DNA of 64,000 nucleotides, taken from the NCBI GenBank assembly GCA_038087875.1, contig CM075999.1, positions 434,001 through 498,000 on the forward strand, given 5' to 3'. Made by a program: the position numbers and the translations under genes. This stretch comes from Malacoraja senta (Eukaryota). Positions 1 to 11,100 of this stretch are shown here, one piece after another (the stretch's first letter is position 1; each line of letters starts with the position of its first letter). The notes beneath the pieces are model-generated. The model had not been told where the DNA came from. It was given only the letters and a program-made list of their open reading frames with translations, and made no database searches.

Positions 1-68
1 GTGTGCGGACTTGAAGGGCCGAGATGGCCTGTTTCCGTGCTGTTATGGTTATATGGTTATATGGTTAT
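1..68 (+). mobile_element. 3' tail of a CR1-type LINE or LINE-derived SINE
   Basis: GAAGGGCCGAGATGGCCTGTTTCCGTGCTG followed by an 8-mer tail (ATGGTTAT)x3; absent from the homologous introns of later units. Confidence 0.65.
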
Positions 69-452
69 GTGCTGGAGTAACTCAGCCGGTCAGGCAGAAT
101 CACTGGAGAACATGAATTTGTCACGTTTCAAGTCGGGACCCTCCTCCAGACTGATTGTGGAGTGGTGCGGGGAGGCAGTACAAAGCACGTCAGTTAATAG
201 GTGAACACAGGTGAGGTAGAGTATTGAAACACAGAAGAATGGACAGAAGCCAGAGACTAGAAAACATAAGGTGTGAGAGAAAAGGATTGAAGAGGTTGCA
301 AATTTTAAGCAAGAGGTAGGAATGCAGATGGAGGGCAAGGGGGAGGAGTTTAATAGGTGCGTGCCCAGGTGTTGTTGTGGTTGGTGGGTTTTTAAAGGTT
401 GCCTAAACTTGAAGATTTCAAGTTCTACCTGTATTTCTCTGTTTGTTTTCAG

Positions 453-2146
453 ATTTCAATGCGCAGCCCAATAACAATGGTGAGTTTATATCAAATGCAT
501 CAAACAATTGGATCACGTTACATTTGTTCTTCTCCATCTGTTGCTTAAACTGTGTAGAATTCCAGTAATGGGAAACAGTTTTTAAACTATTTGAAAATGT
601 TGGTACTTTAAACATGCTAAATTGCTTACTCTATTTCCACACTTCCAGTTCCAATCGAGGAAACAAATCCCATTAAATACAACGTGACTTTCATTGTTGA
701 CAACCTGTCTATAGAAGAAATTCAAGCAAACCCTTCAGAAACAGCAACCATGATTGCAATTGCGGTGAGAGAGTTTACCAATTAGTTTTCTGCTGATATA
801 TTCCTTCATTGTCCCCTTTTCATGTCTCATTCTAACACCATTTTTCTTGCCCTCAGCTCACAGACCTGTTTGAGAACAGCAATATCAATGCAACATTCTT
901 ACAATGTGATGCAAAATCATTCAGGTGAACTCACAATAACTTTCCGATTAAATCATGAAAATTGCATTCCATTGTCTCCAAATTTTTAAAGCATAGTGAT
1001 TCCACAGGGAGCAGTTGATTGGCAAATGCTTGCTGAAAATCCAGAGATTAAAAGACAAAAGGTTCAATATAGGGAGTTAGGCATAGAAGTCAAATTAATA
1101 ATGAAGCCAGAGGAAGCAAAGTGGAATGGGGGAATGGGGAGTGGGGAGAGATGGAGGGGAAAGGGAAAATGGGTGCACATTCAGCTGTAGCACAGGGAAG
1201 AGTGGGGGGAAATTGGGGGGGAGAGGGGGGGCATTTGTAGGTTGAAACGTTAAATTGAACAACTCATTGTTCATACAGTTACTTTGTAGGTTGTCACGTA
1301 GAATTATTCACATTGTTAGGCTCCAAACCTACACATCAGTTTATAAGTAAGAAAGAACTGCAGTTGCTGGAAAAATCGAAGGTAGACACAAAATGCTGGA
1401 GTAACGCAGCAGGTGAGGCAGCATCTCTAGAAAGAAGGAATGGGTGACGTTTCGGGCCGAAACCCTTCGAAGGGTCTTGACCTAAAATGTCACCCATTCC
1501 TTCTCTCCAGAGATACTGCCTCACCCGCTGAGTTACTCCAGCATTTTATGTCTACATATAATTATGAGGTGCTTTTCCTCCAGCTTAAATGTGGTTCCCC
1601 TCTGGCTATCGATGAGGCTCGACACAGACACGTCGTTATGGGAATGGGAAGGTTTGGGAGTTAAAATGTTTTGCAACCGGGAAATCCAGCAGACCTTTGT
1701 TGACCCTGCACCTGTTCGGAAATAATCTGTCACCTGGACGATGCTTAGCCTTGCTGATGTAAAGGAGACCACATCTAGAGCAGCAAATACAGGAGATGGG
1801 TTCAAAGACTGGTGCGTGAAATCCAAGAATGAGGGGAACTCTATCCTTGGTCAGCGTGGGTGAGGGGGATGCAAGAGCAGCCAATCAGCCACAGCAACAT
1901 TTCAGGTGTGCTCTTTCTAACATTGCTACTCCTTTGCACGAAATTATTTTTATAAATGTCATTTGCTTTTTTGCAGAGATGTAACGCACCAGTGCACCAG
2001 AGTGACAACTGATTGTTCATTCCAAAACGTGTCCACCATGGAACCCATCAAGCGAGAAGTGGTTTATGAAGTTATTAGAGTGAAGACCCATAACATTAAT
2101 GCACTGGAACAATTTGCATTGCAAAGTGACAGCCTCTATGTAGAAG
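453..2146 (+). CDS. SEA repeat 1 (type X, divergent variant)
   Basis: Exons 453-479, 649-764 (distal AG only), 857-924, 1977-2146; DFNAQPNNN-VPIEETNPIKYNVTFIVDNLSIEEIQANPSETATMIAIA-LTDLFENSNINATFLQCDAKSFR-DVTHQCTRVTTDC...SLYVE. Confidence 0.85.
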
Positions 2147-5100
2147 GTACTTATCAAAATAATCCTCAATCTTTTTCTATACATTCTACTTCACGCTATA
2201 TACTGTAGATGTTGACGGAGTCAAGTCCTTTGGTAATTACATATTCAGATCCGGGAGGATCATGTATGATGTCCGATGGGCTTTGGGAAAGTGAATCTTA
2301 AAGTCATTCATTAAAGTCATCCTCACACACAGGAGGGAGAAATAGATGCAAATCCAGTTGGGGCACATGAACCGGAGGTGGGGAAGGGTGCGATTTGATC
2401 GAGGTTACTTAAAATTGGAAAACTCAAAGTTCATCCTGTTGGTGTAAACTGCCTATGTTTGTTTCTTTGCTTCCAGGTTACACTGTGCCACCCGTTGTCA
2501 TTGGTGAGTTTGGGCTTCCATTGAATTGTTTCGGGTTTCTTCGGTTATTCACTGCTTTCATGACACATCCAGCACCCATATTCTGCAAGAATATTTGTTG
2601 AAAGTCGTGAAATGATGCCTTGCCCTTTGCTCACAAATACAATCTTGATTGAGAAATTAATGAATTGAAAACTTTCCTTGCTGTTCGCAAGTTTTTTTTT
2701 AACAAAATCAATTTTGATACCGATTTCTCTGCCAAAGCTAGATACAATCCACAAATTTTCCAGTCGACATCTTGTGCTAAATTTCACTCAAATGTATCAA
2801 ACAATTGCCTCAGATCACATTTGTTCTTTTTGATCTGTTGCTAAGCTGCAACAAATTCCATTATAGGGAAACAGTTGTTAAACTATTGAAATATCGTGGT
2901 ACTTGCAGCATGCTAAATTACTTCCTCTATTTCCACAGTTCCAGTCAAGGAATCAAAACCCACTACTTACAACGTGACGTTCATTGTTGACAGTCTGTCT
3001 ACTGAAGAAATTCAAGCCAACCCCTCACAAACAGCAACCATGATTGCATCTGAGGTGAGAGAGTTTACAAGTTAGTTTAATGATGATGTTTTACTTCAAC
3101 GTACCCTTTATATTTCTCATTCTGACTCAATTATTGTTACTGCCTTCAGCTCACCGACCTGTTCGAAAATAGCAGTATCAATGCTACATTCTGGAGATGT
3201 GTTGTGGAATCCTTCAGGTAACTCAAAATAACTTTCCTATTAAATGATAAATACCGGATCCTTTAATTTCCAATTGTTAACGCTTAATAATTCCACTTTG
3301 CAAACGCATGAATCTCATAAGTAAATTTCCCACAAATATCATGTAGAATAAATTCTACCAGAAAAAGACACAATGTATTGGAGTCTCCTGGTGAGTCACG
3401 CAGCAAATCTGTAAACCCTGGCGAGGCACAGTTTTAGGTCAGGCCTTCCTCCAGACTTCGCAGTAGGGATGAGAAAGCTGGAAGAGGGGCGTGAAAGGGG
3501 TGACAAAGTGTAGCAAGTGATAAGAGGATGCAGGTGAGAGGGGTGAGAGATTTGATTGACAAATGGTTGAACAAAATCCGGAGATGAAAAGAGAAGAGGT
3601 TTAATAGAGACAGAAAGCTTTGAAGAGGCATAAGATATAAAGCTGGATGAAGGAAGAAAGTGGAAGGGGAGAACTAAAGGGTGGGATGCCGAGAGGAAAG
3701 GAAGAAATGGGTACACATAGGGTGGAGACGCCAGGTGTAGCCATGTGCGGAAGTGGCGTCAAAGGACGAGAAGCCGAAGCAAAGAAGTGGAAGCCAAATA
3801 ACCGAATGGAAACAAAGCCGAAATGTCAAATAGCCGAAAGCATACGTGGCTGAAACGCCAACTAACCAAAAGGATGGGACGCCTAAAAGCAAACTAACCG
3901 AAAGGGCGGGACGCCTAAAAGCCAACTAACCAAAAGGCTGCATCGCCTTAAAGCAAACTCACAGAATGGCCACTCCGCCGAAACACCACCTACCCGAAAG
4001 GCTGCGTCGCCTACAAGCCAATGAACTGAATGCCGCTCAACAGAAAAGTCAAATAATGGACATGACGTTGATGGGGAACGGGACCTGTCAGCGATTGGTC
4101 CAGACCCCCGCATCCATCGCATCACTGGCAGGTGGAGAAGGAGGGTCAGGGTCAATTAACCACACAAGCCATAGGTGAGTGGGCAATCTGAACCCAAGCA
4201 CCAAGTTGAAAGCGGCCGAATGTGCGCATCCCTCGGGTCAGACCCCACTCTCCTACGCGCACAGCCGCCCTCCGCCTCGTCTCCCCTGTGCACCCGACCC
4301 ACAGCCCGTCACAGTGCATCCGCACGGGGGAAACGAGGCGGAGGGCGGCCGTGGCCGTGGTAGAATGGGGGTTGTTCTGAGCGATACGCAACTCCAGTTG
4401 CTTACAACTTGGTGCTTGGGTTCAGATTGCCCAGTCACCTGTGGCTTGTGTGGGAAAATGACCCCCACCATCCCGTCTCCACCGGACAGTGATGTGATGG
4501 ACGCTGGGGTCTGGACCAATCGCTGACAAGTCCCGCCCTCCGGCAACATCATGTCCGTTATTTGACTTTTCTGTTGAGCGGCATTCGGTTGGTTGGCTTG
4601 TAGGTGACGCAGCCTTTCGGGTAGGTGGCGTTTCGGTAGAGCGGCATTCGGTGAGTTTGCTTTCAGGCGACGCAGCCTTTCGTTTAGTTGGATTTTAGGC
4701 GTCCCACCCTTTCGGTTAGTTTGCTTTTAGGTATCCCACCCTTTCGGTTAGTTGCCATTTCGGCTTCGTACGCTTTCGGCTATTTGGCGTTTCGGCTTTA
4801 TTTCCATTCGGTTATTTGGCTTCCACTTCTTTGCTTCGGCTTCTCGTTCTTCGACGCCACATCCGGGTACCAGGTACCAGAACATATGAGGTCGTGTTCT
4901 TCCAGTTTGAGTGTGGCCTCACTCTGGCAATGGATGAGGCCCAGGACAGACAGTTCGGTTTGGGAATGGGAAGGGGAGGTAAATTGTTTTTGAACCGGGA
5001 TTTCCAGCAGACATTGGCCAACTCTGCACGTGTTCGCCTAAAAAGTTACCTAGAAACTGTTTGGTCTTTCTGAGGTTTAGGACACCAGATACGGTGGAGC

Positions 5101-8100
5101 AAATGCAGTAGGTGGTGTTAGTGACTGGTGGGGTGTAAACTACGGATGGGGGGAACTCTATCTTTGCTCTGGACCAATACACCTGGACCATTTCCGACCA
5201 CTCAAATACACCTGGACCATTTCCGACCACTCAAATACACCTGGACCATTTCCGACCCTCCTCTCTATCTTTGCTCTGTCTGGGTGAGGGTGGTGTAAGA
5301 ACAGATCCCTCACTTGGGTGAGGGATCCATCTGAGAGCCAAGGCTAATCTACATTTACACTAGAAAGAGGCATCTTGGATGTCCTGGAATGGGAAGTCAC
5401 ATCGTGGTTGAAGATGGGGCTGAGACGGACAAATTAAGAGTCAGATTTCTCTAACCATTGCTTAGACACCAGTAATGAGCCACGGCAACATTTCAGCTGT
5501 GCTCTTGCTGGCACTGCAACCAACTTTGCACTAAATTATTTTACACTTATCACAAATCACTTTTGATATTTCGCAGAGAGGAAATGGTTAACAACGCCAA
5601 AGTGACAGCTAAATGTTCATTCCAAAACGTGTCCACCATGGAACCCATCAACCGAGAAAAGATTTACGCTGTATTTAGCGAGAAGACCAATGACATTTCC
5701 GCAATGGGGCCATACGTACTGCAAAGATACAGTCTCTATGTAAACGGTACTTATCAAAATTTCCTCGGTGTTTCTCTTCATATTGTACTTGTTCAATCTA
5801 TGGTAACTATTAATTTATAATCACGTTCTTTGGTATATACATATTTAGATCGGGGACAACCAGGTATGATATCCTATGGGATCTGACAAAGCAAAATCAT
5901 TCACAGTCTTGCTCTTCAGAGCCTGCCTTTGCACAAACACACTGCCACATTAGTATGACCCACTCACAAAAGGGTTTTCTTCCTTATAAATATTCAAGGA
6001 GCAGGTAAAAAAAACTCCTCCATTAAAAGGTTACATGCTTTTTTAGAAGAAACAGTGCTAGAGTAACTCAGTGGATCAGGCAGCATCACTGGAGAACGTG
6101 AATGGGTGACATTTCAGCCCGAAGTCCTTCTTCAGACTGATTGTGGGGTGGTGGGGGGAGAAGAAAGCTGTAAGAGAAGGGAGGCAGTACAAAGCATGTC
6201 AGTTAATAGGTGGACACGGGTGAGGTCGAGTTTAGATACGCAGAAGGTTGGACAAAGGGTAAAGATGAAAAAACATAAAGTGTGAGGGAAAAGGACTGAA
6301 GAGTTGCAAATTTGAAGTCAGAAAAAGGAACGTATATGGAGGACAAGGGGGAGGATGTTAATAGGTGTGTGCCCAGGTGGGACACAGTGTTGTTGTGGTT
6401 GGTGGGTTTTTAAAGTTTGCCTAAACTTGAAGATTTAAAGTTCTACCTCTATTTCTCTGTTTGTTTTCAGATTTCAATGTACAGCCCAATGTCAATGGTG
6501 AGTTTATATCAAATGCATCAAATAATTGACTCACGTTACATTTGTTCTTCTCCATCTGTTACTTAAACTGTAGAAATCCTGTCCTGGGAAACAGTTTTTA
6601 AATTATTTGAAAATCGTGGTACTCACACCATGCTAAATTGCTTACTCTACTTCCACAGTTCCAGTTCCAATCGAAGTAACAAAACCCATTAAATACAACG
6701 TGACTTTCATTGTTGACAATCTGCCTATTGAAGAAATTCAAGCAAAACCTTTAGAAACAGCAACCATGATTGCAAATAAGGTGAGAGAGTTTACCAATTA
6801 GTGTTCTGCTGATTTGTACATATTCATCCATTTTTATGTCTCATTCTAACACAATTTTTCTTGCCCTCAGCTCACAGACCTGTTTGAGAGCAGCAGTATC
6901 AATGCAACATTCTTAAAATGTGCCGTGAAATCATTCAGGTAACTTAAATCATGAAAATTGCATTCCTTTATCTCCAAATTGTTAATGCACAGTGATTCCA
7001 AATGGTAAAGATGATAATCTCATGAACACATTTCCTACAAATATCAATGCAAAGTCAATATAAATTCTAATACAAAAAGACATGATGTGCTGGATCATCT
7101 CAGCGGGTCAGTCGGCAAATCAGGAGAACATAGCTTGGCAGAGTTTTGGGTCGGGCCCTTCTTGAGACTGATTGCAGTACGGGGTGAGAAAGCTGCAAGA
7201 GAGGTGGAAAGGGAATGACACAGTGTGGCAAGTGATAGGAGGATACAAGTGATGGGGAGGGAGCAGTTGATTGGCAAATGCTTGCTGAAAATCCAGAGAT
7301 GAAAAGACAAAAGGTTCAATATAGGGAGTTCGGCATGGAAGTCAAAATAATTATGAAGCCAGAGGAAGCAAAGTGGAATGGGAGAATGGGGAGTGGGGAG
7401 GGATGGAGGGGAGTGGGAAAATGGGTGCACATTCAGCTGTAGCGCAGGGAAGAGTGGGGAGAAATTGGGGGGGAGAGGGGGGGCATTTGTAGGTTAAAAC
7501 GTTAAATTGAACAACTCAATGTTCATATAGTTACTTTGTAGGTTGTCACGTAGAATTATTCACATTGTTAGGCTCCAAACCTACACATCAGATTATGAGT
7601 AAGAAAGAACTGCAGATGCTGGTAAAATCGAAGGTAGATACAAAATGCTGGAGTAACGCAGCAGGTGAGGCAGCATCTCTAGAGAGAAGGAATGGGTGAC
7701 GTTTCAGGCCGAAACCCTTCAAAGGGTCTCGACCCAAGATGTCACCCATTCCTTCTCTCCAGAGATACTGCCTGTTGAGTTACTCCAGCATTTTGTGTCT
7801 ACATCTAATTATGAGGTGCTTTTCCTCCAGCTTAAATGTGGTTCCCCTCCGGCTATCGATGAGGCTCGACACAGACATGTCGTTATGGGAATGGGAAGGG
7901 GAGTTAAAATGTTTTGCAACCGGGAAATCGAGCAGACCTTGGTCAACCCTGCACCTGTTCGGAAAAAGAATGTCACCTAGACGATGTTTGGACTTGCCGC
8001 TGTAAAGGAGACCACATCTAGAGCAGCAAATACAGGAGATGGGTTTAGAGACTGGTGTGTGAAATCTAAGAATGAGGGGAGCTTTATCCTTCGTCAGCGT

Positions 8101-11100
8101 GGGTGAGGGGGATGCAAGAGCAGCCAATCAGCCACAGCAACATTTCAGCTGTGCTCTTTCTAACATTGCAACTACTTTGCACTAAATTCGTTTTATAAAT
8201 GTCTTTTGCTTTTTTGCAGAGAGGTAACGCACCAGAGCACCAGAGTGACAGCTGATTGTTCATTCCAAAACGTGTCCACCATGGAACCCATCAAGCGAGA
8301 AGTGGTTTATGAAGTAATTAGAGTGAAGACCCATAATATTACCGCACTGGGACAATTCCCATTGCAAAGTGACAGCTGCTATGTAGAAGGTACTTATCAA
8401 AATAATCCTCAATCTTTTTCTATATATTCTACTTCACGCTATATACTGTAGATGTTGAAGGAGTCAAGTCCTTTGGTAATTGCATATTCAGATCCGGGAG
8501 GATCAGGTATGATGTCCGACGGGCTTTGGGAAAGTGAATCTTAAAGTCATTCATTAAAGTCATCCTCACACACAGGAGGGAGAAATAGATGGGAATCCAG
8601 TTGGGGCACAGGAGAGGGACGTGGGGTGGGTGCGATTTGTTTGAGGTTACTTAAAATTGGAAAACTCAAAGTTCATCCTGTTGGTGTAAACTGCCTATGT
8701 TTGTTTCTTTGCTTCCAGGTTACACTGTGCCACCCGTTGTCATTGGTGAGTTTGGGCTTCCATTGAATTGTTTCGGGTTTCTTTGGTTATTCACTGCTTT
8801 CATGACACAGCCAGCACCCATATTCTGCAAGAATATTTGTTGAAACTCATGAAATGATGCCTTGCCCTTTGCTCACAAATACAATCTTGATTGAGAAATG
8901 AATTAATTGAAAACTTTCCTTGCTGTCGCAAGTTTTTTTTTAACAAAATCAATTTTGATACCGATTTCTCAGCCAAAGCTAGATACAATCCACCAATTTT
9001 CCAGTCGACATCTTGTGCTAAATTTCACTCAAATGTATCAAACAATTGCCTCAGATCACATTTGTTCTTTTTGATCTGTTGCTAAGCTGCAACAAATTCC
9101 ATTACAGGGAAACAGTTGTTAAACTATTGAAATATCGTGGTACTTGCAGCATGCTAAATTACTTCCTCTATTTCCACAATTCCAGTCAAGGAATCAAAAC
9201 CCACTACTTACAACGTGACGTTCATTGTTGACAGTCTGTCTATTGAAGAAATTCAAGCCAACCCCTCACAAACAGCAACCATGATTGCATCTGAGGTGAG
9301 AGAGTTTACAAGTTAGTTTACTGATGATGTTTTACTTCATAGTACCCTTTATATTTCTCATTCTGACTCAATTATTGTTACTGCCTTCAGCTCACCGACC
9401 TGTTCGAAAATAGCAGTATCAATGCTACATTCTGGAGATGTGTTGTGGAATCCTTCAGGTAACTCAAAATAACATTCCTATTAAATGATAAATACCGGAT
9501 CCTTTAATTTCCAATTGTTAACGCTTAATAATTCCACTTTGCAAACGCATGAATCTCATAAGTAAATTTCCCACAAATATCATGTAGAATAAATTCTACC
9601 AGAAAAAGACACAATGTATTGGAGTCTCCTGGTGAGTCACGCAGCAAATCTGTAAAACCTGGCGAGGCACAGTTTTAGGTCAGGCCTTCCTCCAGACTTC
9701 GCAGTAGGGATGAGAAAGCTGGAAGAGGGGCGTGAAAGGGGTGACAAAGTGTAGCAAGTGATAAGAGGATTCAGGTGAGAGGGGTGGGGGATTTGATTGA
9801 CAAATGGTTGAACAAAATCCGGAGATGAAAAATAAGAGGTTTAATAGAGACAGAAAGCTTTGAAGAGGCATAAGATATAAAGCTGGATGAAGGAAGAAAG
9901 TGGAAGGGGAGAACTAAAGGGTGGGATGCGGAGAGGAAAGGAAGAAATGGGTACACCTAGGGTGGAGACGCCAGGTGTAGCCGTGTGCGGAAGTGGCGTC
10001 AAAGGACGAGAAGCCGAAGCAAAGAAGTGGAAGCCAAATAACCGAATGGAAATGAAGCCGAAATGCCAAATAGCCGAAAGCATACAAAGCTGAAACGCCA
10101 ACTAACCAAAAGGATGGGACGCCTAAAAGCAAACTAACCGAAAGGGCGGGACGCCTAAAAGCCAACTAACCAAAAGGCTGCATCGCCTTAAAGCAAACTC
10201 ACAGAATGGCCGCTCCGCCGAAACACCACCTACCCGAAAGGCTGCGTCGCCTACAAGCCAACGAACTGAATGCCGCTCAACAGAAAAGTCAAATAATGGA
10301 CATGACGTTGATGGGGGACGGGACCTGTCAGCGATTGGTCCAGACCCCCACATCCATCACATCACTGGCTGGTGGAGAAAGAGTGTGTGGGTCAATTAAC
10401 CACACAAGCCATAGGTGAGTGGGCAATCTGAACCCAAGCACCAAGTCGAAAGCGGCCGAATGTGCGCATCCCTCGGGTCAGCCCCCACTCTCCTACGCGC
10501 ACAGCCGCCCTCCGCCTCGTCTCCCCTGTGCACCCGACCCCGCAGCCCGTCACAGTGCAGCCGCACGGGGGAAACGAGGCGGAGGGCGGCCGTGGCCGTG
10601 GTATTGTGGCGGTTGTTCTGAGCGATGCGCAACTCTGGTTGCTTACAACTTGGTGCTTGGGTTCAGATTGCCCAGTCACCTATGGCTTGTGTGGGAAAAT
10701 GACCCCCACCCTCCCATCTCCACCGGCCAGTGATGTGATGGACGCTGGGGTCTGGACCAATCGCTGACAAGTCCCGCCCTCCAGCAACATCATGTCCGTT
10801 ATTTGACTTTTCTGTTGAGCGGCATTCGGTTGGTTGGCTTGTAGGTGACGCAGCCTTTCGGGTAGGTGGCGTTTCGGTAGAGCGGCATTCAGTGAGTTTG
10901 CTTTCAGGCGACGCAGCCTTTCATTTAGTTGGATTTTAGGCGTCCCACCCTTTCGGTTAGTTTGCTTTTAGGTATCCCACCCTTTCGGTTAGTTGCCATT
11001 TCGGCTTCGTACGCTTTCGGCTATTTGGTGTTTCGGCTTTATTTCCATTCGGTTATTTGGCTTCCACTTCTTTGCTTCGGCTTCTCGTTCTTCGACGCCG

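Noticed and set aside
1888-1910. Conserved CCACAG-CAACATTTCAG-GTGTG block as an extra micro-exon or alternative acceptor
   Set aside because: The GT is absent in many copies (CAGCTGTG, CAGATGTG), an 11-nt exon would break the frame, and the SEA alignment needs no extra residues.
1963-2208. ORF-track proteins starting MLFCR/MIFRR/MLFRR as standalone small genes
   Set aside because: They start at TTG in the polypyrimidine tract and run past the G|GTACTT donor; only the internal 170 nt is exon.
2545-2787. Recurrent 80-aa minus ORF (MKFSTRCRLENLW...) and overlapping plus ORFs in the ~275-bp Y-specific intron insertion
   Set aside because: No recognisable domain, and it is broken by indels in several family 1 copies; persistence reflects recent duplication. 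The origin of the insertion remains unknown.
3647-4552. GC-rich ORFs on both strands within the foldback element
   Set aside because: They are mirror-image by-products of a GC-rich palindrome, have no transposase motifs, and their frames differ between copies.
5172-5262. 29-bp repeats as a CRISPR array
   Set aside because: The repeats are head-to-tail with no spacers, there are no cas genes, and the context is a vertebrate intron.
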